DNA of 64,000 bases, taken from a virus. Its lineage: Duplodnaviria > Caudoviricetes. The stretch lies in IMG/VR virus record IMGVR_UViG_3300031992_000030. One strand, 5' to 3'. Under the pieces are notes generated by a model. The model had not been told where the DNA came from and did not search any database. It was given only the letters and a program-made list of their open reading frames with translations. The first letter of the stretch is position 1, and every line of letters starts with the position of its first letter. Made by a program: the position numbers and the translations under genes. This document shows positions 59,311-64,000 of the stretch, one piece after another.

Positions 59311-61330
59311 CGTCCCAAACCCTCACTTTCACTCCTAAATCTGACGACCTTTCCTCAAAAGTTAATGTGATTTGCCCTGTTCCAACTACCGCTCCAATAG
59401 GATTAACACCGAAAACATCGGTGTAAAAATCAATCGTGCTGTCAGTAGTTATCGAACTGTCAGTTATTGTGATAGACGTTTCCCCTGCTTTGAGAGTATC
59501 TACCAAGTCGGTGTAGTTTGCACCACTAAGATTTGACATATTATAATTTAATTCGTCAATAGCGTTCTGTACATCAGAAGCAACTAAACCAGAATCTTCA
59601 TTGTCGTAGAGTATGCTTGCAGCTTCGACTGGAGGATTTGTCCCATCTGTAATAAAATATTCTGTTCCATTTAATTTCTCTTCTGGTGTTAATGCATTAT
59701 ATTCTGCTTGAGTTAATTCAATTACAGCTAAATCATTAAGAGCATTCCCAACTGAGCGATTACCATTGATTATAAGGTCACCAGCGAGTACCTCATTACC
59801 TTGCCAATCGAGTGTACGAGCATTAGAACGAGCATCATCAGCAGTACCATTACCTATGATTTCAGCATAAGTATCGTTATTATCACCAACATTATATTTA
59901 CCACCAGCATGTTGGCTTTGACCTGCGGCTATTGTTCCATGGCCCTCTGAGTGAGAATAATCACCTACTGCTAGTGAACCATTACCTTCAGCATGAGATT
60001 GTGCACCAGTTGCTCGGCTTCCAGCACCTTCAGCATGTGACTGTAAGCCACTGGCTACAGAACCAGCACCTTCAGCATGGGATTGATTACCTACTGCTTG
60101 TGAGCCTGCTCCCTCTGCGTGGGAATCAGTTCCAGTTGCAGTTGTACCACTACCTTCTGTATGTGAATTATTTCCTCTTGCATTTGTGTAATTTCCTTCA
60201 GCGTGACTATAATCTCCTATGGCATTAGTACCATTACCTTCCTTGTGTGAAGAAACCCCAGAGGCATTTCCTCCTGAACCTTCGGCGTGAGAATTTTCAC
60301 CAGAAGCGGTAGTTCCACTGCCCTCTGCATGAGAATCTATTCCTGAAGCAGTAGTTACTCCGCCCTCAGAGTGTGCAGCGGAAGCTGTTGCTTTGGTATC
60401 AAGTCCTTCAGCGTGACTATATTGTCCTGTTGTGGCTGAACTTCCTTCAGAATGAGAATATTGACCCTCTGCTATACTGTTATTTTCAGCGTGAGAAGCT
60501 CCTCCTTTTGCTTGTGAACCGTATCCTTCAGCGTGTGATCCATTGTTACCAGAAGCAATTGAACTATATCCTTCTGCATGTCCTGCGTTGGCACCTTCTG
60601 TAGTTTTGCTCTGGTGACCTTCTGCGTGGGAATCAGACCCTTTGGCTTCTGTTTCATTATTTTCAGTATGAGTATGATGGCCTAAGGCTTTTGTGTGCAT
60701 TCCCTCACTGTGAGAATTTGGGCCAGAAGCAATAGTAGTTTCTCCTTCTGCGTGAGAATAAATTGCTGAAGCAGTAGTAGTGCTACCTTCAGCGTGTGCA
60801 TATAACCCAGTTGCTTTTGTAGCGCATCCTTCTGCATGAGAATAATCACCCGAAGCTATTGTACCAGATCCCTCTGCATGGGCATAGCTACCCGATGCTG
60901 TTGTGCTAAGACCTTCTGCAAAAGAATAAGAACCAATAGCAGTATCGGCTTTTCTATTTAAACTAAAACTACCACTACCTGTTGGATTTACCTTATCCAT
61001 TTTGTCATTAGCACTATTCTCTACATTGACCCAAGTGCCAGTGGTTTCATCATATGCTAAAATTTGACCCTCTTGCGGGCTTGCTATTGTGACGTCACTG
61101 AGCTGGTCAATGCTAGAAGCACCACCGCCTCCGCTGCCCTCGGTAATCTCAACCCATTGGCCAACAGTATTAAGCATATATGTTTTCTTTTCATCAGTTA
61201 CATATATCTTACTACCTGGAGCTATTTCTTCTCCATTTACTTCAACAGGAATGTCTTCCATGGTTTTGCAAATGTATCTTTTTATACCATAGCCGACTTT
61301 CCCGCTATTTTCAACTATAAATATAGCCAT
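59297..61330 (-). CDS. Fibre/adhesin with a long YadA-head-like (Hep_Hag) repeat array
   Basis: More than 20 14-aa xHAEGxxTxAxG repeats, YAEIIGNGT...RSNARTLDW, LTQAEYNAL and a C-terminal AGETSITITD module; start MAIFIV with AAGGAGG RBS. Confidence 0.75.
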   Translation of the reverse strand: MAIFIVENSGKVGYGIKRYICKTMEDIPVEVNGEEIAPGSKIYVTDEKKTYMLNTVGQWVEITEGSGGGGASSIDQLSDVTIASPQEGQILAYDETTGTWVNVENSANDKMDKVNPTGSGSFSLNRKADTAIGSYSFAEGLSTTASGSYAHAEGSGTIASGDYSHAEGCATKATGLYAHAEGSTTTASAIYSHAEGETTIASGPNSHSEGMHTKALGHHTHTENNETEAKGSDSHAEGHQSKTTEGANAGHAEGYSSIASGNNGSHAEGYGSQAKGGASHAENNSIAEGQYSHSEGSSATTGQYSHAEGLDTKATASAAHSEGGVTTASGIDSHAEGSGTTASGENSHAEGSGGNASGVSSHKEGNGTNAIGDYSHAEGNYTNARGNNSHTEGSGTTATGTDSHAEGAGSQAVGNQSHAEGAGSVASGLQSHAEGAGSRATGAQSHAEGNGSLAVGDYSHSEGHGTIAAGQSQHAGGKYNVGDNNDTYAEIIGNGTADDARSNARTLDWQGNEVLAGDLIINGNRSVGNALNDLAVIELTQAEYNALTPEEKLNGTEYFITDGTNPPVEAASILYDNEDSGLVASDVQNAIDELNYNMSNLSGANYTDLVDTLKAGETSITITDSSITTDSTIDFYTDVFGVNPIGAVVGTGQITLTFEERSSDLGVKVRVWDDGVV

Positions 61331-61411
61331 TTCGGTTTTCCTCCTTTTCAAATTTTTACCTTCATTGAATTTGAAATTTTATAGATATAAGTTTGTATTT
61401 TTTGTCCAAAT

Positions 61412-61445
61412 AAAAAAAGGACAGAAGATTTAAACTCTTCTGTCC
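61412..61445 (-). terminator. Terminator upstream of the adhesin cluster
   Basis: GGACAGAAGA / TCTTCTGTCC plus an A-run. Confidence 0.85.
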
Positions 61446-61451
61446 AATTTA

Positions 61452-61942
61452 TTACCAATATCTTGTTCCACAAAATTCACAGTAATTGTTTTTTCCTATC
61501 CTTCCTCCACAATAAGAAACCTACCTGTTTTCTGTTCTATTCTATCTGTTTTATACAACCCTTCTGGTTCTATTATATAAACGTGAACATAATCAGGATT
61601 GAGAGTAGAGAAATTAAGACCATATTCATTCACTATCTTCTCTCTCTTGGGTGATAAAATATTAGTTCTATCAGAAACTTGCCAGAAACCCTCGGTATCT
61701 CTCCAAACAAGAACACATTTTAGACTCATATACGGGACTTCCCAACATACAGGGACTAGTCCATTCAGATCTATAGTCAGGCCGCACGCTTCTGCAACAA
61801 GAGGAATTTTGGTATCTGAATTTTCAGTATAATCGAATTTGACAAAATGACTTGTTCTTGTAATTGCCAAACAATAGGGAGAAGCAGTTAATTCTTGTAA
61901 CCAATTAGGATTAACTCTTACATAATCACATATTAAACTCAT
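61452..61942 (-). pseudogene. Degenerate RNA-ligase-like N-terminal domain with a frameshifted C-terminal Zn ribbon
   Basis: W..EL...PY...FDY...SD...V.E..G...D....PVC resembles Rnl1 N-termini but lacks KxDG. The -1 frame at 61452-61517 reads SYCGGRIGKNNYCEFCGTRYW. Confidence 0.4.
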
Positions 61943-62008
61943 TTTTTACTCCTTAATTTTTCCTTGCTTTATCAACTTTAATTCTGAATTTACACTTACT
62001 TTCGGACA

Positions 62009-62272
62009 TTATACATCTCCTCCCATATCAGCTCCACAATTTGGACAAAAATTATCAGGAATTACTAAGCTATGCTCCCAGCTGCAATTTGAACATTTTC
62101 TTATCTTATATATTATTCCAAATGCCCCTTGTTCTTCTCCTACTATTATCCAATATCCTTTTGATCTTTCTGATATTCTTATACCTTGATTAACTCCATC
62201 TTTAAAACCCTCATTATAGGCTTTATGTTCCGCTTTGGTTAATTCGCTTCTATTGATTAAATCATCATTCAT
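62009..62272 (-). CDS. Zn-ribbon protein (GxW...CSxC...FCPNCGADM family)
   Basis: Motifs as named. Confidence 0.7.
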   Translation of the reverse strand: MNDDLINRSELTKAEHKAYNEGFKDGVNQGIRISERSKGYWIIVGEEQGAFGIIYKIRKCSNCSWEHSLVIPDNFCPNCGADMGGDV

Positions 62273-62531
62273 TTTCTGCCTCTTTCGTTGCTATATAGAT
62301 TAACCCCTCAGTATAATCCATATCTTTTATTTCTTCCTCATACTCCTCATATATTTCTGGTATATTATCATAACCAAAGCCGCACTCAATCGCCCATTCA
62401 ACCAAAAGTTTTAATCCTTTGATTTCCTTGATAGCCTTGTCAAGCACTTCATTACTCATATGTAAGTTTAGTAAGATGTTTGTTTCTTTTATAAATTTTA
62501 AATCATCTATTACTTCTTTATCAGTCATCAT
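62265..62531 (-). CDS. Hypothetical protein
   Basis: 88-aa ORF with RBS. Confidence 0.6.
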   Translation of the reverse strand: MMTDKEVIDDLKFIKETNILLNLHMSNEVLDKAIKEIKGLKLLVEWAIECGFGYDNIPEIYEEYEEEIKDMDYTEGLIYIATKEAENE

Positions 62532-62544
62532 TATTTACTTCCTC

Positions 62545-62745
62545 TTACTCATCTGTGTCATACTCAAAAAATAACCAAAGTACCAGAAGAGCAAACTCAA
62601 GACCTGCTATACACAGAAGTATTGTAGCAAAAAACCCATACTCTTGTGTTTTTCCAAATGCAAATATTAGGGTAAGACAAATAGGACACGCAAATAATAA
62701 ACAAGCGAGTACAAAACTTCCAATGCCTCTAATTAGTTTATTCAT
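62545..62745 (-). CDS. Two-TM membrane protein
   Basis: Two hydrophobic segments; GGAGG RBS. Confidence 0.65.
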   Translation of the reverse strand: MNKLIRGIGSFVLACLLFACPICLTLIFAFGKTQEYGFFATILLCIAGLEFALLVLWLFFEYDTDE

Positions 62746-62747
62746 TT

Positions 62748-62912
62748 TTAACCTCCATCAGAAAAAGGACTTGACAAATCTTCCTTAAGATAGATGGATT
62801 TATCATTATATGTCATTGTTAAATTTGCCCATCCATCACCGCAGTCAAGAAGAATCATCTTGTCTCTGTCTTTCTCTATATCTACTCTTTTCAAAAAATC
62901 ACCTAATGTCAT
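62748..62912 (-). CDS. Small hypothetical protein (54 aa, not in the ORF track)
   Basis: MTLGDFLKRVDIEKD...DGWAN...PFSDGG; GAGG RBS. Confidence 0.6.
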   Translation of the reverse strand: MTLGDFLKRVDIEKDRDKMILLDCGDGWANLTMTYNDKSIYLKEDLSSPFSDGG

Positions 62913-63073
62913 TTTTTATTACCTCTCATATCTGCACCACAAGTAAGACAAAAGTCTAATATTTTATTGGGATCTGAATATGATCCACAATTAGAACATA
63001 TTAAACATTCAGATTGATTAGAATTAATTTTATATCTTATCCAATGTCCTGTCGGTCTCTTATGTTTTAACAT
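62909..63073 (-). CDS. Zn-ribbon protein (54 aa, not in the ORF track)
   Basis: MLKHKRPTGHWI...CSNCG...FCLTCGADMRG. Confidence 0.65.
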   Translation of the reverse strand: MLKHKRPTGHWIRYKINSNQSECLICSNCGSYSDPNKILDFCLTCGADMRGNKK

Positions 63074-63282
63074 ATTGATTCTTCTCTTTTACTTTTCAAT
63101 TTAGTTTGAAGATATATTATAAATTCATATATACAATCTTCGCAAATATGATGTGTTCTATTATCAGAGCAACTACCCGCATAGCCAATAAGATAATTTT
63201 TACTTTTAATTATGTAATAACGCTTATTTACTCCAACACGTTCTCCGCAAATATCACATATTTTATGCTTTGGTATAATCAT
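63067..63282 (-). CDS. Zn-finger hypothetical protein
   Basis: CDICG...HICEDC; GGAGGAG RBS. Confidence 0.65.
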   Translation of the reverse strand: MIIPKHKICDICGERVGVNKRYYIIKSKNYLIGYAGSCSDNRTHHICEDCIYEFIIYLQTKLKSKREESIC

Positions 63283-63452
63283 TCTTCTCCTCCAATCATA
63301 AGATATAACAGATTTCCTTCAAATTTTGAATGGTTATTAGATAAACAATCGTGAAACTCTTCGTCTGATAAGATACAGACTGCTTCAGGAACACAATTGG
63401 AATTCTTTGGCGTGATAATTTTTGAATAAATACATTCTTTACAATTTTTCAT
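63279..63452 (-). CDS. Small Cys-rich protein
   Basis: Likely start MKNCKECIYS at 63452. Confidence 0.5.
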   Translation of the reverse strand: MKNCKECIYSKIITPKNSNCVPEAVCILSDEEFHDCLSNNHSKFEGNLLYLMIGGEE

Positions 63453-63603
63453 TTTTATTCTTCCTCTGAAACTTTTTGTAAAATTTACAATTCTCATCGT
63501 CTGGGAGTCGTTCAAACCGGTGGCAACGACAACAAACCCAATCTTCATAGTCAAAATCTCCGAGATTTTCTCCTTCTTCACAACTATAACAAAGACTTTT
63601 CAT
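63439..63603 (-). CDS. Small Cys-rich protein
   Basis: MKSLCYSC...CCRC...CKFY; GGGAGG RBS. Confidence 0.5.
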   Translation of the reverse strand: MKSLCYSCEEGENLGDFDYEDWVCCRCHRFERLPDDENCKFYKKFQRKNKNEKL

Positions 63604-64000
63604 TTTTTTCCTCCCTATTGTCATTTAAGTTTATATGACTTACTACCCGACCTTCAAAATTAATAATATCTCCATTACTTGTAACAAAAAGTTTATCTGT
63701 CCATCGAATTTCATTATTGCCTTTTTTATATCTCATGTCTGCTCCGCAAGTCGGACAAAAGCTGTAATGAGGTTTTTGATTATAACCACCGCCATAATCA
63801 ATATATCTACATTCTGAACAATGCCAATTACCAATGTTTGGATTTCCATCATATTGATTATATTCCCATTTACCTTTTGGTCTTTCTTCGTAAAGTTTAC
63901 CATTACGAACTGCTTGGTCAATTGCTTTTCTATCTTCCAAACTTGTGTTTACCCCATTATCAAATAGTCGAGTAAATACATTCTCATCAATATCAATTAC
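63584..64000 (-). CDS. Zn-ribbon protein (5' end outside the window)
   Basis: The frame is open to the window end; RPKGKW...CSEC...FCPTCGADM. Confidence 0.65.
   Translation of the reverse strand, partial: VIDIDENVFTRLFDNGVNTSLEDRKAIDQAVRNGKLYEERPKGKWEYNQYDGNPNIGNWHCSECRYIDYGGGYNQKPHYSFCPTCGADMRYKKGNNEIRWTDKLFVTSNGDIINFEGRVVSHINLNDNREEKNEKSLL

Noticed and set aside
59930-60930. CRISPR-like array suggested by the 42-bp periodicity (also 48260-48800)
   Set aside because: These are degenerate in-frame coding repeats (14-aa Hep_Hag units), not constant repeats with unique spacers.
46722-61330. Invertase-driven tail-fibre shufflon
   Set aside because: All cassettes are co-oriented with their own RBSs, and I saw no recombinase or inverted crossover sites.
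889-61786. GGCCGCA as a Chi- or KOPS-like polar signal
   Set aside because: The 16 versus 11 orientation split is interspersed and shows no clear strand polarity.
830-63921. The many 60-150-aa opposite-strand or out-of-frame ORFs in the track (e.g. 855-1223, 3072-3479, 32846-33265, 48266-48709)
   Set aside because: They are shadows of well-supported genes and have no RBS or recognisable motifs.
1-64000. Stop-codon reassignment (code 15 or code 4), as in some gut phages
   Set aside because: All large genes are intact in code 11, and TAA, TGA and TAG all end genes at sensible positions.

Overview
This is a 64-kb segment of a large, AT-rich tailed dsDNA phage (about one third GC, estimated by eye). 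The host is most likely an anaerobic Firmicute, based on the sigmaA-consensus promoters, AGGAGG RBSs, class III RNR and PG-binding/SH3b endolysin. 1-12215 (+) is the end of the tail operon: tape measure C-terminus, baseplate/tail proteins and a holin. 12301-46609 (-) is a convergent replication and nucleotide-metabolism region with RuvC, dUTPase, NrdD, Gmk, DnaE, a Dda/RecD-like helicase, RecJ, primase, DnaB, an AAA_24 ATPase, SSB, ThyX, LigA, GyrA/GyrB, an endolysin and PIN-PhoH. 46722-61330 (-) is a separate 14.6-kb cluster of modular adhesin/fibre-like genes that share N- and C-terminal modules, with a GT2 glycosyltransferase and a UDP-sugar dehydrogenase in its middle. 61452-64000 (-) holds small, mostly Zn-ribbon genes. 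Two signals are not explained by this annotation. (i) The GC-rich 7-mer GGCCGCA/TGCGGCC occurs 27 times by manual count against roughly 1 expected. It is found in both orientations and several reading frames, sits in short CpG-rich patches, and appears to impose Cys/Ala/Gly residues on core enzymes. (ii) The modular adhesin cluster with its own sugar-modifying enzymes may build a branched, glycosylated virion appendage. I saw no tRNA, CRISPR array, integrase, reverse transcriptase or stop-codon recoding. All calls come from motif recognition without database searches.
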